DNA of 64,000 nt. It comes from Candidatus Poribacteria bacterium. Lineage in GTDB: Bacteria; Poribacteria; WGA-4E; WGA-3G. A program made the translations under genes and the position numbers. Each line of letters starts with the position of its first letter. Position 1 is the first letter of the stretch. Below are positions 46,551 through 56,023 of the stretch, one piece after another. The stretch spans positions 3,616,001-3,680,000 of the forward strand of contig OZ244048.1 of NCBI GenBank assembly GCA_965215265.1. The letters are read 5' to 3'. A model generated the notes under the pieces. The model had not been told where the DNA came from, searched no databases, and saw only the letters and a program-made list of their open reading frames with translations.

Positions 46551-47030
46551 TTAGGCAGTTGTCTGAACCTCTTCGGCAGCTTGCATAACTGCTTCAAGAA
46601 TTTTGGTATAGCCGGTGCATCGACAGATGTTTCCACCGAGAGCGTGTCTAAACTCCTCTTCAGTCCGGTTAGGATTCTCATCTAAGAGTACCTTCGATGC
46701 CATGATGAAACCCGGTGTACAGAAACCGCATTGGTAGCCGCCAGTGTTAATAAATGCTTGTTGAACCGGATGAAGTTCGCCATCCGCTGCGAGTCCTTCA
46801 ACAGTAGTAATCTCTTTATTTGCAGTGGTAACGCCAAGCACCATGCAGGACGTGACAGCTTTCCCGTCCACAATAACGGTGCATGCACCGCAGTCTCCGG
46901 TGCTACATCCTTCTTTGGTACCGGTTAAACCGATCGTATCGCGCAGCACTGCAAGTAGTGTTTTACGTGGTTCAATAAGTAAATCGTACTCGTCCCCGTT
47001 GACGGTTAAAGTAATTGGAATTTTTGCCAT
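46551..47030 (-). CDS. Molybdoenzyme (2Fe-2S) small subunit
   Basis: GTKEGCSTGDCGACTV, QCGFCTPG, NICRCTGY. Confidence 0.95.
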   Translation of the reverse strand: MAKIPITLTVNGDEYDLLIEPRKTLLAVLRDTIGLTGTKEGCSTGDCGACTVIVDGKAVTSCMVLGVTTANKEITTVEGLAADGELHPVQQAFINTGGYQCGFCTPGFIMASKVLLDENPNRTEEEFRHALGGNICRCTGYTKILEAVMQAAEEVQTTA

Positions 47031-47115
47031 TTTTTATCGGTCCTCAAATGTATTTCCCTTGGCATGAATGTCTACCTATCAACACCCAGCTCAGGCCAAA
47101 GGGGTAATCAAAGTG

Positions 47116-47976
47116 TTATTCGCCACTCAGGGCCCTTGCGACAGATTCTTGCACAGTGCGTTTGGTGAGAACATCAACCATCTCTCTACGATGTTCCGCA
47201 GAGCATCGCAAATCGGATATAGGACTACTTGCTGCTGCTGCTGCTGCTCCGGCTTGTTCCAGCAGTGCATCAGTGAGAGATTTGCCTTTTAGCAATTCTT
47301 CAGCCTCGGTTGCGCGAATTGGAGTCGGAGCGACAGCAGCGAGGCCAATCCGTGCATCTGTAATTGTATCGTTGTCCATATCGACTGCAGCAGCAACCCC
47401 GATGAACGCCAGATCCATCACTTCGCGAATTTTATGCTTGATATAATGTGAACCGGAAGCTGGCCCCGGCAATCGAAATTGTTTGATAATCTCACCCGAC
47501 TTTAACACAGTCTGCCCGGGACCGGTGAACAAGGCATGAATCGGCACGGTGCGTTCGGCATCTGCATTGGCGATGTCAACCTGTGCATCAAGGACGAGCA
47601 ATCCCGCGACAGTATCAGCAGCAGGTGAAGCGTGTGCAATATTCCCACCAATAGTGGCAAGGTTGCGGATTTGGATAGATCCTATTTCTGCGGCACCTTC
47701 TGCTAACGCGGTATAACGTCCCTGGATGACTGCGGAGAGCTCAACCTCACGCACTTTCGTCATCGCGCCGATGGTTACACCATTATTCGCATCAACTGTG
47801 ATACCTTCAAGGCCCGCTATTCTTTGTAAACTGATGACGGATTGTGGCGTTTCGGTTAGTGCCTTCATCCCGATAATCAGGTCTGTTCCACCGGCGAGGA
47901 GTTGTGCATGCTCTTGTGAGAACAAACGCGATGCTTCCGCAAGCGTGGTGGGTTCAAAAAAATCAAAACTTTTCAC
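47116..47976 (-). CDS. Molybdoenzyme FAD-binding medium subunit
   Basis: AGGTDL, QIRNLATIGGN..ASPAAD, PISDLR; GTG start with GGAGG. Confidence 0.95.
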   Translation of the reverse strand: MKSFDFFEPTTLAEASRLFSQEHAQLLAGGTDLIIGMKALTETPQSVISLQRIAGLEGITVDANNGVTIGAMTKVREVELSAVIQGRYTALAEGAAEIGSIQIRNLATIGGNIAHASPAADTVAGLLVLDAQVDIANADAERTVPIHALFTGPGQTVLKSGEIIKQFRLPGPASGSHYIKHKIREVMDLAFIGVAAAVDMDNDTITDARIGLAAVAPTPIRATEAEELLKGKSLTDALLEQAGAAAAAASSPISDLRCSAEHRREMVDVLTKRTVQESVARALSGE

Positions 47977-48039
47977 ATTTAAGCCTCCGTTTCATACGAT
48001 CCTAAGTGGTAACGGTAAATTTCTATTTTAGCCTTTAAA

Positions 48040-48300
48040 GGGGCCACCTTCGCCGTGTAGGACGGCAAACACCTTGGACTGCCTGTCTTAATCTGTCGGC
48101 ACATCGCCCGGGGTGAATTGTGATGCGTCACTTGCCATGTTCCGGCGATGTTACCCTGGTGAGGTGTACACCAAGTGCCCCAATCGCCCACTTTTGTCAG
48201 CATATCCCGTCCGTACCGAGGTAAAATGCCCAGGAGACTCGCGGGTCCACGCTTACTGGACCGCCAGGTTAACCCCGTTGTTCAGTTGGAACAATAACCG
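48040..48300 (-). ncRNA. Putative large structured RNA of unrecognised class
   Basis: GC-rich island in an AT-rich intergenic region; closing stem GGGGUU(A)ACCU/AGGUGGCCCC (G-U pairs only on minus strand) enclosing stems GGUCCA/UGGACC, UGGUG/CACCA, ACAUCGCC/GGCGAUGU, GUGA/UCAC, GCCGU/ACGGC. Confidence 0.6.
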
Positions 48301-48386
48301 AGCGTGAGCATTATTATCGCTTCAATAAACAAAAGATTATAATTCTCATGAGAAGATTCTCCATTTAGCGTTGTAGTCCTAAAAAA

Positions 48387-48461
48387 TCATAATCTATGGT
48401 AGTGCCGCGACATCTCAAAACCCCAATGGTGCCACAGGAAGGGAATTTTACTTTTCGACAT
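48387..48461 (-). CDS. Putative 24-aa leader/small peptide MSKSKIPFLWHHWGFEMSRHYHRL
   Basis: AAGGAG RBS 6 nt before ATG, just downstream of a TTGACA-17-TAAAAT promoter. Confidence 0.45.
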   Translation of the reverse strand: MSKSKIPFLWHHWGFEMSRHYHRL

Positions 48462-48506
48462 AGTCTTCTCCTTCCCTTATATTCATAGGTTTTTCGTGAT
48501 GTTAAT

Positions 48507-48535
48507 ATTTTATAATGAATCTGAAAAATTGTCAA
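48507..48535 (-). promoter_or_regulatory. Sigma70-type promoter
   Basis: TTGACA-17-TAAAAT. Confidence 0.7.
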
Positions 48536-48628
48536 GATAAAAAGATTTTTACGTGTCTTGATGGGTGGAACACGCACATAGATGTATCACTAAGATGGTG
48601 CAATACCTCGCTGATCCGCTTTATGACT

Positions 48629-49885
48629 TTAGGATAGGTTTTCAGGAATTGGCCATCCTGGTGTCGGTTCTGTCCGGAGTGCTTCAAGTTCATAAAGTTC
48701 TGCGACTGTGATTTCGCGGCGGAGTTTCGCGGATAAGAGTGCCCCACTCATAATCTCTGTCACTTTCAAGCCGACATCGCCGTTGCTCACAGGTTGCGCC
48801 TCGCTGTTACAAGCATCTAAGAAATCTCGAAATTTGTCCGGGAAAGACATATCTGGAAGTTCCAAGGGTGTTTCAATGAGATTGTCACGATAGCGTCTAC
48901 GATTACCTTGTTCATCGGTATCCCAGTTCCCTTTTTCAAGGAAGAGTCTATCGTTGCTGAACGCGCCTTTAGAACCGAAGATGAAGATGCCTTGCGGCTG
49001 CCCGCTCATATTGCTGGACCAGCCGTTTTCAAACGTAAACGACATGCCGTTCGTAAACCTGACAAATACAGAGGCGTGTTCCTCAACATCGTTAATCTCT
49101 TCACCAGTGTATTCAGGGTGCATGCCGCGGTAGGCAATCCCACTGATAGTAGCGGGCTGTGGACAACCAAGTAGGTAGATTGAACGGTTGATGAGGTAGA
49201 CACCCGTGTCATAGATGGTGCCGCCCCCACTGTAGACGGAATTGAGGAACCATCTGCCGAAGCCAAACATATCTACGTTAGGGCGGCCACGGGTACGATA
49301 ACTAGTGAGTCGTCCATAGTAGACATCTCCGAGCTTACCGGTGGTTATGTAGTCCCGAATGGCGTAACTTATGGAATCGAGGCATGTGCCGCCGCTCTGA
49401 TATGCGAGTTTGACACCAGCCTGCTTGCATGCGTCACGCATATTCCTCGCTTCTGTTGCCGTGCGCGCCATCGGTTTTTCGCAAAAGACGTGTTTTCCTG
49501 CACTCGCCGCTGCAACAGTCGCCGGTTCGTGAACAAAAGGGGGTGCAGCAATGCTGATGGCATCTAACTCACATCCCTTCAACATCTGATTGTAATCGTT
49601 AAAGATTTTAACACCGTTTTTGCTATATTCATTCAACAGCGCGCTATTGGCTTTCAACTGCTGACGTGCTTCTTGGGTATCTGCTTTTTCTGCTTCCTCT
49701 TTTGCAGATGCAGCACGTGTGGCCGCGCTGGAAAGCACCTCCGCTTGCCGGCGTTGTGCGTTCGCATCTACTGTATCGCAGACAGCAACGATTTCGGCGT
49801 GCTGAGGATGCGCAAGGTAGCCGTTGATGTGTGAACCGGATATCATGCCACATCCAATAAGACCTATTTTGATGCGTTTCGCCAT
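48629..49885 (-). CDS. Gfo/Idh/MocA family oxidoreductase
   Basis: IGLIGCGMIS, GKHVFCEKP, GGG..YDTGVY. Confidence 0.9.
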   Translation of the reverse strand: MAKRIKIGLIGCGMISGSHINGYLAHPQHAEIVAVCDTVDANAQRRQAEVLSSAATRAASAKEEAEKADTQEARQQLKANSALLNEYSKNGVKIFNDYNQMLKGCELDAISIAAPPFVHEPATVAAASAGKHVFCEKPMARTATEARNMRDACKQAGVKLAYQSGGTCLDSISYAIRDYITTGKLGDVYYGRLTSYRTRGRPNVDMFGFGRWFLNSVYSGGGTIYDTGVYLINRSIYLLGCPQPATISGIAYRGMHPEYTGEEINDVEEHASVFVRFTNGMSFTFENGWSSNMSGQPQGIFIFGSKGAFSNDRLFLEKGNWDTDEQGNRRRYRDNLIETPLELPDMSFPDKFRDFLDACNSEAQPVSNGDVGLKVTEIMSGALLSAKLRREITVAELYELEALRTEPTPGWPIPENLS

Positions 49886-49953
49886 TTTAATACTCCTTAA
49901 AGGCGTTGAAACGCGAGAGAGAACCCTCGCACTACAGTAATTTGTCCTCAGGT

Positions 49954-50619
49954 TTACAATCGTCCTGTTGGCGTATGCCCTGCCCCTACTTTGACATGCG
50001 TACCCTGTAATTGAATTTGCACATGTTCAATGCACTCTTGAAGGTTCTTAAGCGGAGATTTCGGATACGATTCTATGCTAAAGTTAAGATCGTTCTCCCC
50101 AAAGGTAACCATATCTACACCGGGTTTCGCGAATTTGCGAACATTAATGACAGCATCGACAGACTCAATCTGTAAGATGAGAAGGCCATTATTGTTCCAC
50201 CAATCAGCATATTCAAGCCGTTCTATGCCTGGTTTGAAACCGTAGCCTCGGCTGGGCCCCCAACTACGTTTACCTATTTGCGGATAATAGAAGGCATCAA
50301 CTGCTTCATAGACCGTTTCAACTTTCTCCACTTGTGGTACAACAATGGCGAGCGGTCCCAAATCAAGCATGTTGCCAATAAGATAGGTGTGTCGCGTGTG
50401 TTTAATCCGGAGTTGAACACCAACACCGAATTCGTTCGCCATTCCGCAGTATTCAACGAGTTTTTCTTCATCTGCAGCGGCATGCTGATGGTCGGTACCT
50501 ATTAAATCGTAGTCGTCTTGGCTGAGCACGGCTTCCATCTCATCGCGGGTGCAGCCGAAAGGAACACCGCTAGCAATTTTAATCGCTTCTTTATTACGGA
50601 CGCGTTGTTTCAAAGACAT
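49954..50619 (-). CDS. HpcH/HpaI aldolase family protein
   Basis: DHQH, LDLG..IVVPQVE, YYPQIGKRS, QIES, G.NDL. Confidence 0.85.
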   Translation of the reverse strand: MSLKQRVRNKEAIKIASGVPFGCTRDEMEAVLSQDDYDLIGTDHQHAAADEEKLVEYCGMANEFGVGVQLRIKHTRHTYLIGNMLDLGPLAIVVPQVEKVETVYEAVDAFYYPQIGKRSWGPSRGYGFKPGIERLEYADWWNNNGLLILQIESVDAVINVRKFAKPGVDMVTFGENDLNFSIESYPKSPLKNLQECIEHVQIQLQGTHVKVGAGHTPTGRL

Positions 50620-50646
50620 TAGCCTAACCTCCTGATTGTTAAATCT

Positions 50647-50674
50647 ATTATAGACATTCTTTATTTTTTGTCAA
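50647..50674 (-). promoter_or_regulatory. Sigma70-type promoter
   Basis: TTGACA-16-TATAAT. Confidence 0.7.
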
Positions 50675-51064
50675 GAAATAAAAAAAGCAGAAGCAGCTGT
50701 ACAAGCCGTTATTGTCTCAATGTACTGTCAGCATAGTCTCAATCGCTAACGTCTCAAATTTCTATGAGTATAATTCATTTTCTGAAAGATAACAAGGTAG
50801 GAAAAACCTGCGTTTAGTGCAATGTAGTTTTCCAAATTTTTGACGTATTCCACAAGTTAAATAGCGATATATTTGAGAAAAATACTTGACAAATCGACGA
50901 TTTTGTGTAAAAATATATATAAGATAGTGACGAAAAGCATCTGTCACCTGTAACGTGCATGTTGTTAAGTCATGAGGCACGAAAATCTTTCATTGCAGAC
51001 GCGAGAAGCTTGGGAATTTACATGCCCTACTCGCCCTATTGCTTCTAAGAAAAAAGAGTTTAAT

Positions 51065-51718
51065 ATGAAAAACGATTCGCTTGCATCTTATGAACGAGAG
51101 ATTCCGCTTTTTCCCTTGCAGGTTGTTTTGTTCCCTGGTGGCATTTTACCGCTTCATATTTTTGAGCAGCGGTATCGCGAGATGATTAAATTCTGTTTGG
51201 AACATGAATCTGAGTTCGGTGTCATTTTAATAAAAGAGGGGGCGGAGGTCGACGAGCCGGTGACACCGTATAAAGTTGGCACAGCCGTTCGGATACGGGA
51301 TGTTGAACATTTACCCGATGGTCGTATGAACATCATGACATCAGGAGAATATCGGTTTGAGATTCTTGAGGCGCTAGAACATCAACCGTATTTAGTTGGT
51401 AGAGTGCAGTTATTAGATAGCTTAACTTCGGAAGTGGACCCGGCGCTAGCAGCAATTGCTGCAGAAATTGAAGATTTGTATGAAGCGTATGAGTTGTTAT
51501 CAAGCCGGTTAATTTTTGGATGGCACTCACCAGAGGAAAATCCGGTTCATCCACGGGAACTTGCCTATCAGATTGCGACACGGCTGCGCATCTCGCTTGA
51601 AGAAAAACAGGGACTCTTAGAAACGGTTCCGTTGACAGAGCTCCTGACGCGCGAAATCGAAATCCTGAAAAAGGAGAATCGCCGCATCTCGTTTCGCTTG
51701 ATGGCACGAAATAATTGA
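51065..51718 (+). CDS. LON peptidase substrate-binding (N-terminal) domain protein
   Basis: IPLFPL.VVLFPG..LPLHIFEQRY, DGR.NI..G..RF, EKQ.LLE; ATG at about 51065 preferred over 50972. Confidence 0.9.
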   Translation: MKNDSLASYEREIPLFPLQVVLFPGGILPLHIFEQRYREMIKFCLEHESEFGVILIKEGAEVDEPVTPYKVGTAVRIRDVEHLPDGRMNIMTSGEYRFEILEALEHQPYLVGRVQLLDSLTSEVDPALAAIAAEIEDLYEAYELLSSRLIFGWHSPEENPVHPRELAYQIATRLRISLEEKQGLLETVPLTELLTREIEILKKENRRISFRLMARNN

Positions 51719-51784
51719 ATTGATGCCGCTTTTTGCAAACGCGTTTCCAAGCCATCTAAGAGACTTTTTGGCTAATATATTATT

Positions 51785-52429
51785 ATGTCACTAAAGGCTC
51801 CTATTCACCAGTTTACCGAAACCCGGGTCATCCGAATTGCACCCCGAGATTTCTTCTACATCAGTAATCTGCTATCAACGCTCAGGTTACTCATGGTGCC
51901 CTTTATCTTTTATTTTATTTACCAGGCACAGTGGAAGATCGCATCGGTTTGGGGCCTGGCCGCGATTATTACTGACCTGCTTGACGGGTTTTTCGCACGG
52001 CGGTTGAATCAACACACACAACTCGGATACATTTTGGATCCAGTTGCCGACAAAACCGCTATCGCTGCGGGCGTTTTTGCGTTAGTTTTATCAAAATCCA
52101 CATTTCCAGCGTGGGCACTTGTCGTTGTTGCTATACGCGATATCGCCATCGTGCTCGGCAATGTTATTCTGGCGTATAAGGCGAAAATGATTACTCGCTC
52201 TAATTTTTGGGGAAAATGCACGAGCTTGACTTTGTCAATCACGTTAATGCTCTATCTCCTCCGCCCAATAGTACTGCAGTTACCGGAGAATATTGAGTTT
52301 TATAGTCTCTGTGTCGCTTTGGTATTTGTTGTGATATCGACGGTGAGTTATGCACGCAACATGTTCCGTGAGTTAGAAACGCATCGTCGCATCCCTTCTG
52401 GAGATAAAACAGCATCACTAAAACAGTGA
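51785..52429 (+). CDS. CDP-alcohol phosphatidyltransferase (PgsA-like)
   Basis: N.LS.LR, TDLLDGFFARR...LG.ILDPVADK. Confidence 0.92.
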   Translation: MSLKAPIHQFTETRVIRIAPRDFFYISNLLSTLRLLMVPFIFYFIYQAQWKIASVWGLAAIITDLLDGFFARRLNQHTQLGYILDPVADKTAIAAGVFALVLSKSTFPAWALVVVAIRDIAIVLGNVILAYKAKMITRSNFWGKCTSLTLSITLMLYLLRPIVLQLPENIEFYSLCVALVFVVISTVSYARNMFRELETHRRIPSGDKTASLKQ

Positions 52430-52511
52430 GATGGGCACCGGCACTCGCTTGCATAGTCGCCTTATCGATGTCAGTGTAGATGGCTGGTAACAAAATTAGG
52501 AATATTCGAGA

Positions 52512-53006
52512 ATGCACCTTTATATGGAACCCGACGATGTCGCCAAAACTATTGGTGTTGAGGCACAAATCGTCAAAAGCACCTTAGAACGTAGAGATAC
52601 CGATATTGAACCGTATCTGCATGTCGTAAGTGGACAACCCGAAGATGGTAGTGACACCCTGAGTACACAGCTTCAAATACGGGTAGATGGGCTCGCGCCA
52701 CTGATAAAAAAACTTAGTTACAATATTCCGACAGATGAAATCATTGAGAATCTCATCTGTCAAATTGTACATCTTACGTATCTACAAGAAGCGAACGAAG
52801 AATTGGAAAACCAAAATCAAGAATTGATTCACGAAAACCAGCAGCTCAAGCAAACAGTCGCATCACTTGACAAAGAGAATCGCGATTTGCAGGAACAAGT
52901 CGACGAAAATCATGAGTTGCATATGCAAGTTGACAATTTAACAACCCAATTGCAAGAGAAAGCCACTAAAACTTGGGTAAATCGCTGGTTCTCAGGGAAG
53001 GAGTGA
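52512..53006 (+). CDS. Coiled-coil protein with possible N-terminal HTH and C-terminal amphipathic helix
   Basis: DVAKTIGV.AQ.V N-terminus; heptad-rich middle; KTWVNRWF C-terminus. Confidence 0.65.
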   Translation: MHLYMEPDDVAKTIGVEAQIVKSTLERRDTDIEPYLHVVSGQPEDGSDTLSTQLQIRVDGLAPLIKKLSYNIPTDEIIENLICQIVHLTYLQEANEELENQNQELIHENQQLKQTVASLDKENRDLQEQVDENHELHMQVDNLTTQLQEKATKTWVNRWFSGKE

Positions 53007-53056
53007 ACAAACGTGGCAGAAGGGTGTGCCAACACACAAGTGCCCTAATTTGAAAA

Positions 53057-53659
53057 ATGGCTATAACAAAACGAAAAGGGGAAGAACTTCAACTGGTTGC
53101 AATTGAACTCTGCGTGCTCGGAATTCTCTTGCTTTATTTACCCGTAGCTGAGACCCTGCTTAAAGGGATTGCCCTTGTGCTGCTCAGCATCTCTGCTATC
53201 TTAGCCGGTGTGTCTTCCGAAAATAAAAGACTGATTGAAATGATTGCTATCCTCGGCTTACTAGTTGGGTTTTCGTTTCTCTATCTCCCCCCGTTAGCAT
53301 CTGTCCGGGGTTCTGCTTTTCATCTGCTGTTTGCGAGTGCGATTGCGTTTGGAATGACAACCTCCGCCAAGCGATTCGCAACGGTGGCATCTGCCGTGTG
53401 CGTGCTTCTCGGTATAGGGTTCCTCTATCAACCTTTCTTACCAAGACTCGGTGGCAGTTCTCTCCACCTGTTACTGCCAGGCATAACGGTTTTATCTACT
53501 GTTTCTACCCCGACGGTGTTCAGCGAACGCATTTCCATCGGTTTAATTGCGTTCGGTCTGATTTCACTTTGTCAGCCATGGCTCATACTATTTTATCATA
53601 CCGGGTTCCAGCTGCTGCTCGCTGGCTTGACCGGATTCATTGTCGTGGCACATCGCTAA
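53057..53659 (+). CDS. Membrane protein built from repeated helical hairpins
   Basis: Very hydrophobic; repeating LG..LYLP / LYQP / LCQP..G..L.LL units. Confidence 0.7.
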   Translation: MAITKRKGEELQLVAIELCVLGILLLYLPVAETLLKGIALVLLSISAILAGVSSENKRLIEMIAILGLLVGFSFLYLPPLASVRGSAFHLLFASAIAFGMTTSAKRFATVASAVCVLLGIGFLYQPFLPRLGGSSLHLLLPGITVLSTVSTPTVFSERISIGLIAFGLISLCQPWLILFYHTGFQLLLAGLTGFIVVAHR

Positions 53660-53711
53660 TTGTTACCATCCCAAATTAACTTGATGGGTATCAGTTTGTA
53701 ACAGGAGTTTT

Positions 53712-54836
53712 ATGGCTTCCTCCAAAACTGTTCGCGTTGTAATAGTCGGTGCTGGTATCATCGGGGCATCAATAGCCTATCAGCTTTCACGAAGAACGGA
53801 CATTGCCTTAACCGTTCTTGAACGGAATGTGCCGTGTGCAGGAGCATCTGGACATTCTTTCGCATGGGCGAACGCCTTTGGAAAAGCCCCGGAGCATTAC
53901 CATTCTCTCAATCGCCGTTCTTTGGATATGTGGTATCGGTTCGCGTATCAACTCAATGAAGATATTGGATTGCATTATGGAGGGGAGATGCGGTGGGAAA
54001 ACCGGAAAGAGCCGGCAGAGCAATTACAAGAACGTATCCGACAACTTCAGAATTGGGGTTATCCCTGTCGACTCTTGACTCATGAGGAATTCGCAGAACT
54101 TGAGCCCGACCTCTGCACTGGCAATGTTTTAGCAGCCTCACTCTCCGAAGCGGATATCCACGTTGAAACCGACAAATGCATTGATATCTGCCTCCGGCGT
54201 GCTCGCACATCAGGCGCAGTTGTGCATCCGTATACCACCGTCACAGGGTTCGTCATCCATAGAGACCGAATCGCCGCTATCAAGGCAGGTGATGCTGAAT
54301 TCCCGTGTGATGTGGCTGTCTTAGCGAGCGGTGTCCAGACAACCGAACTGGCAGAACTCGCACGAGTGACTATCCCACAACAACAGAGTCCGGGTATCGT
54401 TATTAAGACAACGTCCTGTCCCAAGGTGCTACAAAACGTTGCTGTTATTCATGCCCCGCCAATAGATGCAAACCGTCAGCATCTTCATCTTCGGCAGCTC
54501 GCTGATGGGAGCCTCCGAATCGGTCAAGGCACACAAGAGGGCATAAACAGTGATGCTTCACAACAGCATGCCGATGAACTGCTCGCTCGCGCTAAAGCCT
54601 ACTTACCCGCCATAGTTGACGCACAGGCAATCCCTACCCCGGTCGGCTATCGCCCAATGCCACTTGATGGATTTCCGGTACTTGGATTTACATCAACCGT
54701 GCCGAATCTGTATATTGCCCTCATGCACAGCGGCGTAACGCTGGCACCTTTAGTCAGCGAAATGGCAGCTTTAGAAATTGTTGACGGTGCACGCGTGGAA
54801 CTGTTCGCCCCCTATCGAATAGAAAGATTTCTGTAG
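53712..54836 (+). CDS. FAD-dependent oxidoreductase (DAO/glycine oxidase family)
   Basis: VGAGIIG, GAS..SFAW, GYRPMP.DG.PVLG, HSGVTLAP. Confidence 0.9.
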   Translation: MASSKTVRVVIVGAGIIGASIAYQLSRRTDIALTVLERNVPCAGASGHSFAWANAFGKAPEHYHSLNRRSLDMWYRFAYQLNEDIGLHYGGEMRWENRKEPAEQLQERIRQLQNWGYPCRLLTHEEFAELEPDLCTGNVLAASLSEADIHVETDKCIDICLRRARTSGAVVHPYTTVTGFVIHRDRIAAIKAGDAEFPCDVAVLASGVQTTELAELARVTIPQQQSPGIVIKTTSCPKVLQNVAVIHAPPIDANRQHLHLRQLADGSLRIGQGTQEGINSDASQQHADELLARAKAYLPAIVDAQAIPTPVGYRPMPLDGFPVLGFTSTVPNLYIALMHSGVTLAPLVSEMAALEIVDGARVELFAPYRIERFL

Positions 54837-54975
54837 GAACAATTTGCCTGACTTTTAAAGCAATTAATGCAAGATAGGCTCACTGACGACTGTAACTAAA
54901 CGTTTCGACACCGTTGACTCATTTTTTGCCATCGTGTATACTATACATAAACCTAAACTGACTAAATAGAACCCT

Positions 54976-55974
54976 ATGAAAAATGAATTGAAACCCGCTA
55001 TCCGCTGGGGTGTAATCAGCACTGCGAATATTGCCACGAAGGTTGCTCGCGCAATTCACCTTGCTCGGAATGCTGACTTAATTGCGATTGCCAGTCGCAC
55101 CGCAGAACGCGCCACAACGTGGGCTGAGCAACATAACGTTCCAACCGCTTACGGCACCTACGATGCCCTCCTCGATGACGAGTCTATTGATGCCATCTAT
55201 ATCCCGCTGCCGCCATCACTCCACGCGGAATGGACAATCAAAGCCGCGGAGCACGGCAAGCATGTCCTCTGTGAGAAGCCGCTCTCTGCAAACGCCAGCG
55301 AGGCTGTTGCGATGGCAGATGCGTGCCGCCAAAATGGTGTGCAACTCATGGACGGTGTCATGTGGGTGCACCACGAACGCACCGCAGCGATGAAGCAGAA
55401 ACTCACTGATGGCAGCTTAGGACAACTCCGCCGGATCACAGCCGCTTTTACCTTCAATTGGGATACGATTCCGGCGGGCAACATCCGGGCAATGAAAGAA
55501 TTTGCAGGCGGATGTCTTGGCGATTTGGGGTACTACTGTGTACGCGCGATGCTCTGGGCGTTTGAGACGATGCCGACACAGGTTTTCGCCACGGCACGGT
55601 ATAAAGTCGGTGTCGAATTCAATCTTGCAGGCATCCTCTGGTTTGACCATGAACGTATCGCCACGTTTGATTGCGGGTTTGATACTGGGCTCCGTAAATG
55701 GTTTGAGGTTGCCGGTACGCGTGCTTCTCTCGTTTGTGATGATTTCACGGTGCCGACATCTGAAGAATCTGCCCGATTCTGGATCCACGGCACTGAGAAT
55801 AAGAGACACGAAACCGGCAGATACATTCAGGAAGTTACTATGATTGAGCGGTTCTCGCAAATCGTTCAAACTGGAAAACTTGATGAACACTGGCCGGATG
55901 TTGCTGTTAATACGATGCAGCTCTGCGATGCGCTGCTTGAATCCGCTCGGCGACGTGAAGTTGTCACCTTGTAA
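54976..55974 (+). CDS. Gfo/Idh/MocA family oxidoreductase
   Basis: WGVISTANIA, GKHVLCEKP, GGCLGDLGYY; TTGACT-17-TATACT promoter at 54914-54942. Confidence 0.9.
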   Translation: MKNELKPAIRWGVISTANIATKVARAIHLARNADLIAIASRTAERATTWAEQHNVPTAYGTYDALLDDESIDAIYIPLPPSLHAEWTIKAAEHGKHVLCEKPLSANASEAVAMADACRQNGVQLMDGVMWVHHERTAAMKQKLTDGSLGQLRRITAAFTFNWDTIPAGNIRAMKEFAGGCLGDLGYYCVRAMLWAFETMPTQVFATARYKVGVEFNLAGILWFDHERIATFDCGFDTGLRKWFEVAGTRASLVCDDFTVPTSEESARFWIHGTENKRHETGRYIQEVTMIERFSQIVQTGKLDEHWPDVAVNTMQLCDALLESARRREVVTL

Positions 55975-56023
55975 AGGGTAGTACCTGCTTCGTTAATTTT
56001 GTAAGCGCCCGAGGAGACACAGT

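Noticed and set aside
43709-47976. Aerobic CO dehydrogenase (coxMSL)
   Set aside because: Lacks the AYRCSFR loop and cox accessory genes.
47979-48307. 74-aa and 64-aa ORFs; also a short resemblance to the 5' end of large SRP RNA
   Set aside because: The ORFs have no clear RBS or family features, and the SRP GGAAGGAAGCAGC core is absent.
52438-52454. Possible sigma54 promoter CGGCACTCGCTTGCA
   Set aside because: GG-to-GC spacing is 9 nt rather than the required 10.
51716-53006. TGA stops of the LON-domain, phosphatidyltransferase and coiled-coil genes as further Sec codons
   Set aside because: Each lies at the natural end of the protein, with no family-like continuation seen.
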